Assembly: GCA_033762115.1 (NCBI GenBank) | Contig: JANRLX010000080.1 | Span: forward strand, 1-49,815 | Direction: 5' to 3' | Origin: Verrucomicrobiota bacterium | GTDB taxonomy: Bacteria > Verrucomicrobiota > Verrucomicrobiia > Limisphaerales > SXQI01 | Length of the DNA stretch: 49,815 nt | Shown: piece by piece, positions 1 through 9,811 of the stretch | Layout of the letters: every line of letters starts with the position of its first letter | How positions within the stretch are numbered: the first letter of the stretch is position 1 | Translations under genes and position numbers: made by a program | Notes under the pieces: generated by a model | Database searches by the model: none | What the model was told of the DNA's origin: nothing | Seen by the model: the letters and a program-made list of their open reading frames with translations, nothing else

Positions 1-1588
<1,588 letters not shown>

Positions 1589-1653
1589 TTACCGCCTGCC
1601 GCAAAATTCTGCTCCTCAACCACCCCGCGACCATTGCTTTGGGAGCAGCAGGA

Positions 1654-1682
1654 AGATTACTCCTTTGACAACCCAAACACAA
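1654..1682 (-). promoter_or_regulatory. Putative sigma70 promoter of gyrB
   Basis: Minus strand reads TTGTGT-N17-TAATCT about 70 nt upstream of the gyrB ATG. Confidence 0.45.
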
Positions 1683-1701
1683 CCTGAATTTCAACCGAAA
1701 A

Positions 1702-1717
1702 ACACTACCTGTAGTGG
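1702..1717. promoter_or_regulatory. NrdR-box-like palindrome
   Basis: ACACTACCTGTAGTGG resembles the NrdR box consensus acaCwAtATaTwGtgt. A weaker copy (ACTGTACTAATGGTGC) starts 31 bp later at 1733. Confidence 0.45.
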
Positions 1718-1793
1718 GGCTCCTTTCTGGTTACTGTACTAATGGTGCCAGGCTAAAAATTTCTTCATCTCTTCTTCAACTCCTTGAATTAAC

Positions 1794-1839
1794 GAACTCG
1801 ACCAGCGTAGTTGAGATTTGTTTCTGTTCACGATACTCT
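1794..1839 (+). promoter_or_regulatory. Rrf2-type operator overlapping the promoter of the rrf2 gene
   Basis: GAACTCGACCAGCGTAGTTGAGATT (1794-1818) resembles the IscR type-1 / Rrf2 palindrome ATASYYGACTRwwwYAGTCRRSTAT. It overlaps TTGAGA-N17-TACTCT (1811-1839). Confidence 0.55.
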
Positions 1840-1847
1840 GCCTTTCG

Positions 1848-2267
1848 GTGAAACTTTCTGTTAAAAGTGATTATGCCACCCGCGCCGTCCTGGGCCTGGC
1901 ACGCGCCTCCCTTTCCGGTCGTTCCATGACGGTCGAAGCACTCGCCGCGGAGCAGAACATTCCCGCCAATTATCTGGTTCAGATTCTGATCGAGCTCAAA
2001 TCGCAACAAATCGTCAAAAGTCAGCGTGGCAAGGATGGTGGCTACCTCCTCGCCAAGCCTCCTTCGGAAATCAGCATGGGCATGGTCCTGCGCTGTGTTC
2101 ATGGCAGCCTTTTTGACACTCCGGCCCTGACCGATCCACTTTGCCCCGCCGAACTCAAATCCGCCTGGAAAAAACTTCAGGCGGCCATGGACCACGCCTC
2201 GGAAGAGATCACCTTTCAGCAGTTGCTCGATGAAAGCCACGACAAGGAAAAGATGTATTACATCTGA
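1848..2267 (+). CDS. Rrf2-family transcriptional regulator, CymR-like
   Basis: GTG start giving MKLSVKSDYATRAVL..IPANYLVQILIELK..VKSQRGKDGGYLLAK (Rrf2 signature). No three-Cys Fe-S motif. C-terminus MYYI resembles CymR. Confidence 0.9.
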   Translation: MKLSVKSDYATRAVLGLARASLSGRSMTVEALAAEQNIPANYLVQILIELKSQQIVKSQRGKDGGYLLAKPPSEISMGMVLRCVHGSLFDTPALTDPLCPAELKSAWKKLQAAMDHASEEITFQQLLDESHDKEKMYYI

Positions 2268-2316
2268 AAACGCTTTTCATTTCCCCATTTGTGAGATGGC
2301 TTCTAACATCCCCGCC

Positions 2317-3168
2317 ATGCAGAAACAGAAAGTGACACTCGGCCATTCTCCCGACCCCGATGATGCCTTCATGTTTTATGGCCTGGCAAAGGAGCTCGTT
2401 CCTGCGGATCGTTTTGAATTCGTGCATATCCTTCAGGATATCCAGACCCTCAATGAACGCGCCACTCGCGGCGAATTGGATCTCTCCGCCATCAGTATCC
2501 ATGCCTACGCCTATGTGAGTGATCAATATGCGCTCCTTCCCAGCGGCGCGAGTATGGGAGATGGCTACGGCCCAATGCTCATCGCCAAACGCAAATTTTC
2601 AAAATCGGAAATTCCCACCCTTCGCATCGCCATTCCGGGCAAATTGACCAGCGCCTTTCTCGCTCTACAGCTCTACCTCGGTCGTCACGCTTCGCAACTC
2701 GACCTTCTTGTGGTGCCGTTCGACCAGATTTTTCAAACTGTCCTGGATGACAAGGCGGACATTGGCCTGATCATTCACGAAGGACAACTCACCTTCCAAA
2801 ATCTCGGCCTCGAACTTTGCGAAGACCTTGGAATCTGGTGGGGCAGGGAACATAACGGGCTTCCTCTCCCGCTCGGCGGAAACGTCATTCACAAACGTTT
2901 TTCCCCTCCTGATCGCAAACTGATTTCAGACATCCTCACCGCCAGCATCCGTTACAGTCTGGATCACCGCCCTGAGGCCGTTGCCCACTCCATGCAATAC
3001 GCACGTGATATGGGGCGGGAACTCGCTGACCGCTTCGTGGGCATGTACGTCAATCATTGGACGCTTGATTACGGCGAACGAGGCAGGGAATCCATCCGCC
3101 TTTTCCTTGGCAAAGCCCATCAGCACGGCCTCATCCCCCATCAGCAACCACTCGAATTCGTCTGTTGA
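2317..3168 (+). CDS. mqnD: 1,4-dihydroxy-6-naphthoate synthase (futalosine menaquinone pathway)
   Basis: TLGHSPDPDDAFMFYGL, DIQTLNERA, GASMGDGYGP, IIHEGQLT, PLPLGGN, FVGMYVN are MqnD motifs. Start could also be 2296. Confidence 0.88.
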   Translation: MQKQKVTLGHSPDPDDAFMFYGLAKELVPADRFEFVHILQDIQTLNERATRGELDLSAISIHAYAYVSDQYALLPSGASMGDGYGPMLIAKRKFSKSEIPTLRIAIPGKLTSAFLALQLYLGRHASQLDLLVVPFDQIFQTVLDDKADIGLIIHEGQLTFQNLGLELCEDLGIWWGREHNGLPLPLGGNVIHKRFSPPDRKLISDILTASIRYSLDHRPEAVAHSMQYARDMGRELADRFVGMYVNHWTLDYGERGRESIRLFLGKAHQHGLIPHQQPLEFVC

Positions 3169-4754
3169 TCCTGCCTCTCTCTGCGCCACCAGCCCATCGC
3201 CAGACCCAGGACCACACATCCTAAAATCCACCAATGGCCCTGGCCAAGCATTAACCCGGCAAATTCGCTCCACCATCCGTTCAGCAGCCATTCTTTCGCA
3301 ACTGCCGTGTTCGCTTCCGCTGCGCTGGCAACAGTTCCCATCGCGTAATCACGGGCAATCGCTGCAAATCCCACAGCTCCCTGGATGCCCCCCGCCGCAC
3401 AGCCCAAAGCCCACCAGCCAAACGCCAGGCTGCCTGCAGAGACCACTCCCACCGCAAATCCCCAGAAAACGCTTAACGACAGGACCCCCACTGAAATCGC
3501 CCCCACCGCAATCGGGGCAATCGCAACCCCTCCAAACGCCACAAACGGACTCACCGCCACATCCCCTATCGCCACCCACGCCCAAACCGTGCGCGACTGC
3601 GCCTCCGAACTTCCACCCCATGTCATCGCGAAGAGCGGCAACCCAAGCAACCGCGTTTTCGATTCCACATACTTTTTCACCCTTTCCGGCGCCTCGGGAG
3701 CCAGTTCAGTACCTGTCCTCTCACGGATCAACTGGATTTTTGAATCCATTCGTGTGCAAATCCATAGGATCCCTCCCACCAATCCAATTGCCCAGAGACT
3801 CACTCCCGTCACCACGATGGCGGCTGAAGCCCTGTACAGCGTGCCTGCTTGCGACAACACCCCCGCCAACCCAAGCGCCATCAACAAACAAAACAGGATG
3901 ATCAGGCGCGATTGCCGGACCAAATACTTTCGTTCTTCATCTGATCGCGCTTTGGCGGCCACCGCGTTCGTCGCAAAGATTGCGCACAATACCCCGATGA
4001 CAGGCCCCACCAGCATTCCCAGTCCCAGCTTTGCTAAAACCCCCTTCCCGGTGAGTTCCATACCCCCGGCGACTGTCCCTCCCATCATAGCCGCACTGGC
4101 TGTCGACCCCGTCGCCACCGGCAACGCGACCAGCACCGCCATTGTGAACGCTTTGCCAGGGCGTGAGCGGGTTAAGGTCGATTCCACCAGCATCGTCATC
4201 TCCTCCCGCAAAAAGGCGCGGCCACGAAACAATCGTTGCCGCACCGTTTCTTCTGAAAGATCCAACGCCCTTGCCACCTGCGCTATGGACTGCCCTTCCC
4301 GATAAAACAGCACCATCGGTTCACGATAATTTTCCGGCAAGCCTCCCAGTGAACGCCACAATAACTGTTCCTCCTCCTGGCTGATCGCCTTCGTTGCCGG
4401 ATCGGCTTCTGTTGTGACTGGCTCCGGGATTTCCTCCATTGATGCTTCCGCGCCACCGCGCCGCAATTCCCGACGCACCGCATTTTTCGAAAGATTTCGC
4501 GCAATCCCGCACAACCATCCCCTCAGTTGGGAAGGTTCGCGCAGCTCGCCCAGTTTTTGCCAGGCCGCGACAAAGGTTTCCTGCGCCACATCCTCGGAAC
4601 GCGCCAGGTTTCCACAATTGCTGTAGGCCAGCGAACAAATTAACGTCTGATAACGCTCCACGATTTTCCCGAACGCCTCCCTGTCACCCGTTCGCGACTG
4701 CTGCCAAAGTTCCTGATCACTGATCACGCAATATGAAGATTGATTTAGTCTCAT
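3141..4754 (-). CDS. ECF sigma-70 factor with a long C-terminal membrane extension
   Basis: N-terminal sigma2 (DREAFGKIVERYQ..EDVAQETFVAAW..WLCGIARN) and sigma4 (LPENYREPMVLFY..ETVRQRLFRGR), then about 340 aa with several hydrophobic helices and Gly/Ala repeats. Confidence 0.88.
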   Translation of the reverse strand: MRLNQSSYCVISDQELWQQSRTGDREAFGKIVERYQTLICSLAYSNCGNLARSEDVAQETFVAAWQKLGELREPSQLRGWLCGIARNLSKNAVRRELRRGGAEASMEEIPEPVTTEADPATKAISQEEEQLLWRSLGGLPENYREPMVLFYREGQSIAQVARALDLSEETVRQRLFRGRAFLREEMTMLVESTLTRSRPGKAFTMAVLVALPVATGSTASAAMMGGTVAGGMELTGKGVLAKLGLGMLVGPVIGVLCAIFATNAVAAKARSDEERKYLVRQSRLIILFCLLMALGLAGVLSQAGTLYRASAAIVVTGVSLWAIGLVGGILWICTRMDSKIQLIRERTGTELAPEAPERVKKYVESKTRLLGLPLFAMTWGGSSEAQSRTVWAWVAIGDVAVSPFVAFGGVAIAPIAVGAISVGVLSLSVFWGFAVGVVSAGSLAFGWWALGCAAGGIQGAVGFAAIARDYAMGTVASAAEANTAVAKEWLLNGWWSEFAGLMLGQGHWWILGCVVLGLAMGWWRRERQDQQTNSSGC

Positions 4755-4759
4755 TGCTC

Positions 4760-4790
4760 ATGGGTGGCCATGAACGGATGAAATGTGACA
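4760..4790 (-). promoter_or_regulatory. Possible ECF-type autoregulatory promoter giving a leaderless mRNA
   Basis: Minus strand TGTCACA..ACCCAT ends about 5 nt before the ATG at 4754. No Shine-Dalgarno sequence. Confidence 0.3.
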
Positions 4791-4808
4791 AACTTTCTTT
4801 TCCCTCCC

Positions 4809-4847
4809 AAAAACACAAAAGGCATCCCTCTTGAGAAAGGATGCCTT
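4809..4847 (-). terminator. Intrinsic terminator after the DUF1552 gene
   Basis: Minus strand AAGGCATCC-N11-GGATGCCTT followed by TTGTGTTTTT. Confidence 0.7.
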
Positions 4848-4866
4848 GGATCGAAACGATTCCAAA

Positions 4867-6258
4867 TCAAATCAGCTCAAACCGCCCGGTCGAATCACCA
4901 AACCGTTCAAGTCCCTTGGCACCCATTCGATCAGCGAGGCTCAAAAGCAGGTTGCTCATCGGCACACCGCCCGCCTTGACGAATCTTCCCGGTTTCAGCA
5001 GCCCACCGCCGCCACCCGCCAGCACGATTGGCAGGTTCACATGAGTGTGCCTGTTTCCATCGGAATTGCCGCAACCATAAACAATCATGGAGTTTTCCAG
5101 AAGCGAACGCCCATCAAGGTCCTTCGTCTCCTCCATCTTTTGCAGGAACCAGGCGAACTGCTTCATGTACCACAAATCGATCTCTGCCACCTTTTCCATC
5201 ATGTCCGCCTTGTTCTGGTGATGTGACAGGTAATGATGCCCCTCCGGGATGTTGATGTGCGGGAACGCACGGTTGTTTCCATCTCCCGCCAGCAGGAAAG
5301 TCGCAATACGGGTCGAGTCCGTCTGGAATGCCAGCACCATCATGCTGTACATCAGCCGCATATGCTCCTCGAAATTTCCTGGAATTCCCTCCGGGGTTTG
5401 CACTGCCGGGTCCGGTGTGTCCTTGAACTTCTCCGCCTGCTCGATCTGCTTCTCCAGCTCCCGGACGCTCGTCAGGTACTCATCCAGCTTCTGCTTGTCT
5501 CGCGACGCCAGTTGCTTCTGCAAGGACCGCGCATCCTCCAGCACGAAATCCAAAATCGAACGCTGCTGCGCCTGGCGCATCTGGATGTTTTTGCGTCGTT
5601 CACCGATTTCTCCAGCCCCGAACAACCGTTCAAAAACAAAACGCGGGTTCGGTTCCGGGGCCATCGGCACTGTCGGAGAACGCCACGAGAGATTGTGCTG
5701 GTAGGCGCATGAATATCCGGAATCGCAATTGCCTGATTTCCGCACCGCGTCACAGGTCAGTTCCAGGGAGGGAAAACGTGTCAAATGCCCAACTTTTTCC
5801 GCCACAACCTGGTCAATCGAAACTCCCGCGTGGATGTCTCCGCCAGCCGTCTTTTTCACCCGCACCCCTGTCAGGAATGTTCCGTTCGCGCGTGCATGGT
5901 CGCCTGCGCCATCCTGTCCCGCCGTGGCGTGAATATGATCCAGTCCGCCAATTACCTGCACCCGGTTTTTCAGCCCTGCCAGCGGTTGCATCGTTTTGGC
6001 GAATTCAAAATTTGCTCCCTCGCCTGTTGGCCACCAGTGCGACTGGTGCGCCCCGTTCGGGAAATAGACATACGCCATTCGCACCGGCGCTCCGCCTGGA
6101 GTTGAGGCCACCGCAGGACCCGCTGCCTGTAACGCACTTGTCAAAACCGATTCCATCGCCGGCAATGCCATGCACGCGCCCAGCCCCCGCAAAAACCTGC
6201 GGCGACTCAGGTTCGCTGCCCTCAACGTGCTCATTTTTCCATCAGCTTGCTGACTCAT
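4867..6258 (-). CDS. DUF1552 (HXXSHH) family protein with Tat signal
   Basis: SRRRFLRG twin-arginine motif, VYFPNG, GVSIDQVVA, GYSCAY, FERLFG, HHYLSHH, HTHVNLP. Confidence 0.88.
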   Translation of the reverse strand: MSQQADGKMSTLRAANLSRRRFLRGLGACMALPAMESVLTSALQAAGPAVASTPGGAPVRMAYVYFPNGAHQSHWWPTGEGANFEFAKTMQPLAGLKNRVQVIGGLDHIHATAGQDGAGDHARANGTFLTGVRVKKTAGGDIHAGVSIDQVVAEKVGHLTRFPSLELTCDAVRKSGNCDSGYSCAYQHNLSWRSPTVPMAPEPNPRFVFERLFGAGEIGERRKNIQMRQAQQRSILDFVLEDARSLQKQLASRDKQKLDEYLTSVRELEKQIEQAEKFKDTPDPAVQTPEGIPGNFEEHMRLMYSMMVLAFQTDSTRIATFLLAGDGNNRAFPHINIPEGHHYLSHHQNKADMMEKVAEIDLWYMKQFAWFLQKMEETKDLDGRSLLENSMIVYGCGNSDGNRHTHVNLPIVLAGGGGGLLKPGRFVKAGGVPMSNLLLSLADRMGAKGLERFGDSTGRFELI

Positions 6259-6267
6259 AACTCGCTC

Positions 6268-8661
6268 CTATTGGTTGTTCGTTACAGCGGCTGTGTTCAC
6301 TCCAGAAACATTCCGACGCTTCTGGAACGGCGCCGATTCGATCACTCCAGCCATCAACTCCGAAAACTTTCCGCCCCCTTTTTCCAACCGCGCCACAATC
6401 TGATCCACCGTCTCCACATCATAATACTCCAGTCCTCGTCCCAGTGCGTAGGTCAGGAACTTCTCTGTCAGGCAACGATAAAAATCCGTCTTCCGGTCAC
6501 TCGCAAGGATCAACTTCAAATCCCGGATACTGGTGAATTGCTCACCTGTTGCCAGTTGCCCGGTGGTGTCAATTGCTGCGTTCCGTTCCATTTCACGATA
6601 CATTCCCAGCGCATTGAAATTTTCCAGGGCCAGTCCCAGCGGGTCCATCCGGTTGTGGCAGGACCGGCACAACGGCTGGCTGCGATGCAACTCCAGCATC
6701 TCACGCAATGTCGGTTCGCGATCTTTAAACTCTTTGCCTGCCTCCTCCAGTTCCGGCACATCCGGTGGTGGCGGTGGAGTGGGGGTCCCCATGATGTTTT
6801 CCAGCACGAACAAACCTCGTTTTACTGGCGATGTCCGGGTCGGGTTCGATGTCACTGCCAGCACCGCTCCATGAGTCAGCACTCCTCCCCTCGGATTTTC
6901 CGGGGGCAGCTGCACCTTTCGCATCTCGTGCCCCTGGACTCCCTCGATCTTGTAATGCTTCGCCAGCCGCTCGTTCAAAAATGTATAATCGCTGCTCAAC
7001 AACTCCAGCACGCTGCGGTCTTCTTTGACAATATGACCGAAGTACATCTCCGTCTCCCGCCGCATCGCCGTTCGAAGATCATGATCAAATTCAAATCGTT
7101 CACGCACCCCTTCCCGCCGTAACACCACCCGTGGATTAATCGCGACCCCTTCCACATCCCGGATTTGCAGCCATTGCCCGGTGAAATTCTCCACCATCTC
7201 CTCCGAACGCCGATCAGCCAGCATCCGCTTCAACTGCCCAGGTAAATTTTTTCGAAGCTCTCCTTTTCTGGCCAACTCCAGCAATTCATTGTCCGGCATT
7301 GTTGACCAGATAAAATAAGATAACCGCGAAGCCAGCGCATATTCATCCACTTCCGAAACCGCCGCTTCCCCATTCAATGGCTCTTCCGTCCGGAACAAAA
7401 ACCGCGGGGAGGCCAGCACCGCCACCATCGCCCTTGAAATTCCCTCCTCGAACCGTTTTCCCGGCTGCGTATAAATCTCTGCCGCCAGCTTCTGCAATCG
7501 TTCCACCGTCCGCTCATCTACCGGCCTGCGGAACGCCTTTTCCGCAAATCGGTGCAACACCTCCCGCGCATACGCATGCTGCTGCTCCAATTCTACTGGC
7601 GGCTCGGCGCGTGTGAAAAACCGGTCATAATTCCTTGTCGCGCTCCAGAATTTCGGGTCCAGCGGACCCTGCACATTCACGCTCCCCACCCTGAACTCCA
7701 CAAACGTATGCTCCTTGGTCGATTCAGCCAGCGGTTCCACCTGCAACATCAACGTGTGCTCTCCTGCTTCCCAATCCACCTCAAACTGATCCGGGACCTT
7801 CAGGTTCTCTTCCCACTTAAACTCCCGCGCAAAACGCTCCTTCCCATCCACTGAATAACGGACCAATGCCTTGGCCGTATCAAAATCAAAACTCCCATCC
7901 ACAATCGCATCCAGGGTCACCCGGTAACGCCCCGACTGTTCCACTTTGAACTGTTTTGTAAAAGTCACCGCCCTTTTAAAGCGGAACCGTTCCGCGTTCC
8001 CTTCACCCTCCGTCGCTTTGATCTCCCGCCCTGGAACCACCCGCTCCTTCACCACTCGCGGTTGCAGCGGCACCGCCTTCCCCACAATTGTCTCAGCCGC
8101 CTGCACATATTTCTCCAGCAACAAAGGCGATACCGTCAAAACATCCCCGATATTATCGAAACCGTAACCGGTATCATCAGGGGGAAACTCCTCAAATGCC
8201 TTGAAATCGTAATCCATCAACTCCCGAATCGTGTTCCGGTACTCCACACGATTCAACCGCCGAAGCGTCACACGGCCCGGGTCCGGCTGGGCTGGGTCCA
8301 ATTGAAACACTGTCCGCTTGATCCATTGCTCCAGCGCCTGCTTCTCCTCCTCCGAAGGCTTCTCCTTCTTCTCCGGCGGCATCAGCCCCGCCCGCACATT
8401 CTTCAGCACACCCAGCCACAACTTCTTGTCGGCCAGCATCTGCTGGTGTGATTTGAACTCATCCAGCGCGATATTCCCCTTGTTCATTCCATCCGCATGA
8501 CAGTCCGAACAATACTCCGTCAGGATCGGTTGAATCTTTTTTTGAAAATCAGTCCCGTCAAAATCATTCTGCTGGAGCTGTCCAGCCTGGGAAATAACAA
8601 GGGTCAGCCCCAGCACTGCTGCTGGAAGCCATTGATTCTGAAAGCGTTGAGCACTGTACAT
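6268..8661 (-). CDS. Planctomycete-type cytochrome c / DUF1587-1595-1592-1588-1585 (PSD) protein
   Basis: Signal peptide, CSDCH near the N-terminus, LRRLNRVEYRNTIREL, YALASRLSYFIWSTMPD, RTSPVKRG, a second CRSCH, and FLTYALGRG. Start at ATG 8661 inferred; the ORF extends to 8730. Confidence 0.85.
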   Translation of the reverse strand: MYSAQRFQNQWLPAAVLGLTLVISQAGQLQQNDFDGTDFQKKIQPILTEYCSDCHADGMNKGNIALDEFKSHQQMLADKKLWLGVLKNVRAGLMPPEKKEKPSEEEKQALEQWIKRTVFQLDPAQPDPGRVTLRRLNRVEYRNTIRELMDYDFKAFEEFPPDDTGYGFDNIGDVLTVSPLLLEKYVQAAETIVGKAVPLQPRVVKERVVPGREIKATEGEGNAERFRFKRAVTFTKQFKVEQSGRYRVTLDAIVDGSFDFDTAKALVRYSVDGKERFAREFKWEENLKVPDQFEVDWEAGEHTLMLQVEPLAESTKEHTFVEFRVGSVNVQGPLDPKFWSATRNYDRFFTRAEPPVELEQQHAYAREVLHRFAEKAFRRPVDERTVERLQKLAAEIYTQPGKRFEEGISRAMVAVLASPRFLFRTEEPLNGEAAVSEVDEYALASRLSYFIWSTMPDNELLELARKGELRKNLPGQLKRMLADRRSEEMVENFTGQWLQIRDVEGVAINPRVVLRREGVRERFEFDHDLRTAMRRETEMYFGHIVKEDRSVLELLSSDYTFLNERLAKHYKIEGVQGHEMRKVQLPPENPRGGVLTHGAVLAVTSNPTRTSPVKRGLFVLENIMGTPTPPPPPDVPELEEAGKEFKDREPTLREMLELHRSQPLCRSCHNRMDPLGLALENFNALGMYREMERNAAIDTTGQLATGEQFTSIRDLKLILASDRKTDFYRCLTEKFLTYALGRGLEYYDVETVDQIVARLEKGGGKFSELMAGVIESAPFQKRRNVSGVNTAAVTNNQ

Positions 8662-8809
8662 CACGCAGGGGTCGTTTGCTGAGACGGATTGGGACCTCCA
8701 ATGGTTACCACTCCTCCGGCTGAATTGCAAAAAGAACCTTCGCTTGGACGTCCTCCCCCCTTCGTTTCTTCAACAGAAAGCTCGCGGAATAAACCCCTTA
8801 AGCTCTCCC

Positions 8810-9811
8810 TTAGAATAACCCCGCAAGCGCGAATTTGAACGTCACGTCACTGGAATTGCGGTTCTCAATTGTTCCCACATTTTCCACAATCCCAGCTTCA
8901 AAGGTGATCTTTTCCGTAATGAAAAAACGTCCGGTAATTGAATAGTAATGCGCAATTTCATCCAGCGGACTGTTCCTCGGTGCAAAGGGAGAATAGATTT
9001 GATACTCACCCACCGCTGCCACTCGCTTGAACAATCGCCAGCTTAATCCCGCATACGTCATCCCACGAAAATCGTTAAATTCAAAATTTTGTTCCAGATC
9101 ATCGCTGTAGTAGTTTCCCGCCAGGCCGAGGAAAAAATTCCATTTCCCGACCGGCTTTTGAACATGCAGCCCCAGTCCCGGCGAAATCCCGTCACCCCCA
9201 AATGTGCTGCCACCCGTTGGAAGGCTCAACGTGGCAACCGCAGCGAGATCCACGCAGGCCTCCTCCCGCCCGGCGAGTTGATATTTCAAGCGCAGGGTGA
9301 TGTCACTCAGGTCCGACCCCTTTTTCAAAACCATTCCTGTCCCATCCGGAGAGGCAAGAGTCGCCTGGTAAGTGTCACGCGGCAATGCAAAGCGGGCATC
9401 CACTTTTGCATCAAGAGTCGTTTCCACAAATTCAATGAAGCGATCCGCGGTGCCGTTGACTCTCACCGTGTAAGGAATATCTACGCCCAGTTCCAGCCGC
9501 TTCATCGGCGAGTGGCGAACCTTCAATGTGCTGGTGACAGACTCTCCATCGAACAGGTAAGTGTCGGTTTGCGCAAGGTGCGCCGTCCAATCCACCGTTA
9601 CATTCGCCAACCATTGACCCGGGGCAATCACCTCCGCGCTTTCCGGGTAGGATTGATACCTCAGCTGTGAAGGAAGGAATGTGTCCTGCAATTCAGTCGG
9701 GCCAAGCAAGACAGTGGGTGGATTGAATTCACTCCCCTCAGCCACCAACATGGCAGCCAGTAAAATACTGGCTGCCCCCAAAATCCGTTTCCCGCCCAGG
9801 TTGAATCTCAA
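8810..9811 (-). CDS. DUF3187-like putative outer-membrane beta-barrel protein
   Basis: TTG start overlaps the pilC stop and yields a signal peptide. FDGES..LELGVDIPY..DRFIE..LSDITLRLKYQL..LSLPTG..EN..SSDVTF with a terminal Phe. Confidence 0.6.
   Translation of the reverse strand: MRFNLGGKRILGAASILLAAMLVAEGSEFNPPTVLLGPTELQDTFLPSQLRYQSYPESAEVIAPGQWLANVTVDWTAHLAQTDTYLFDGESVTSTLKVRHSPMKRLELGVDIPYTVRVNGTADRFIEFVETTLDAKVDARFALPRDTYQATLASPDGTGMVLKKGSDLSDITLRLKYQLAGREEACVDLAAVATLSLPTGGSTFGGDGISPGLGLHVQKPVGKWNFFLGLAGNYYSDDLEQNFEFNDFRGMTYAGLSWRLFKRVAAVGEYQIYSPFAPRNSPLDEIAHYYSITGRFFITEKITFEAGIVENVGTIENRNSSDVTFKFALAGLF

Noticed and set aside
2981..4305. Two 306-aa Pro/Thr-rich plus-strand ORFs
   Set aside because: Antisense to the G-rich ECF gene. 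Their low complexity follows from strand composition.
8744..8768. GAAAC..CGTCCAA upstream of the DUF1592 gene as an ECF promoter
   Set aside because: The spacer is only 13 nt, against the 16-17 expected.
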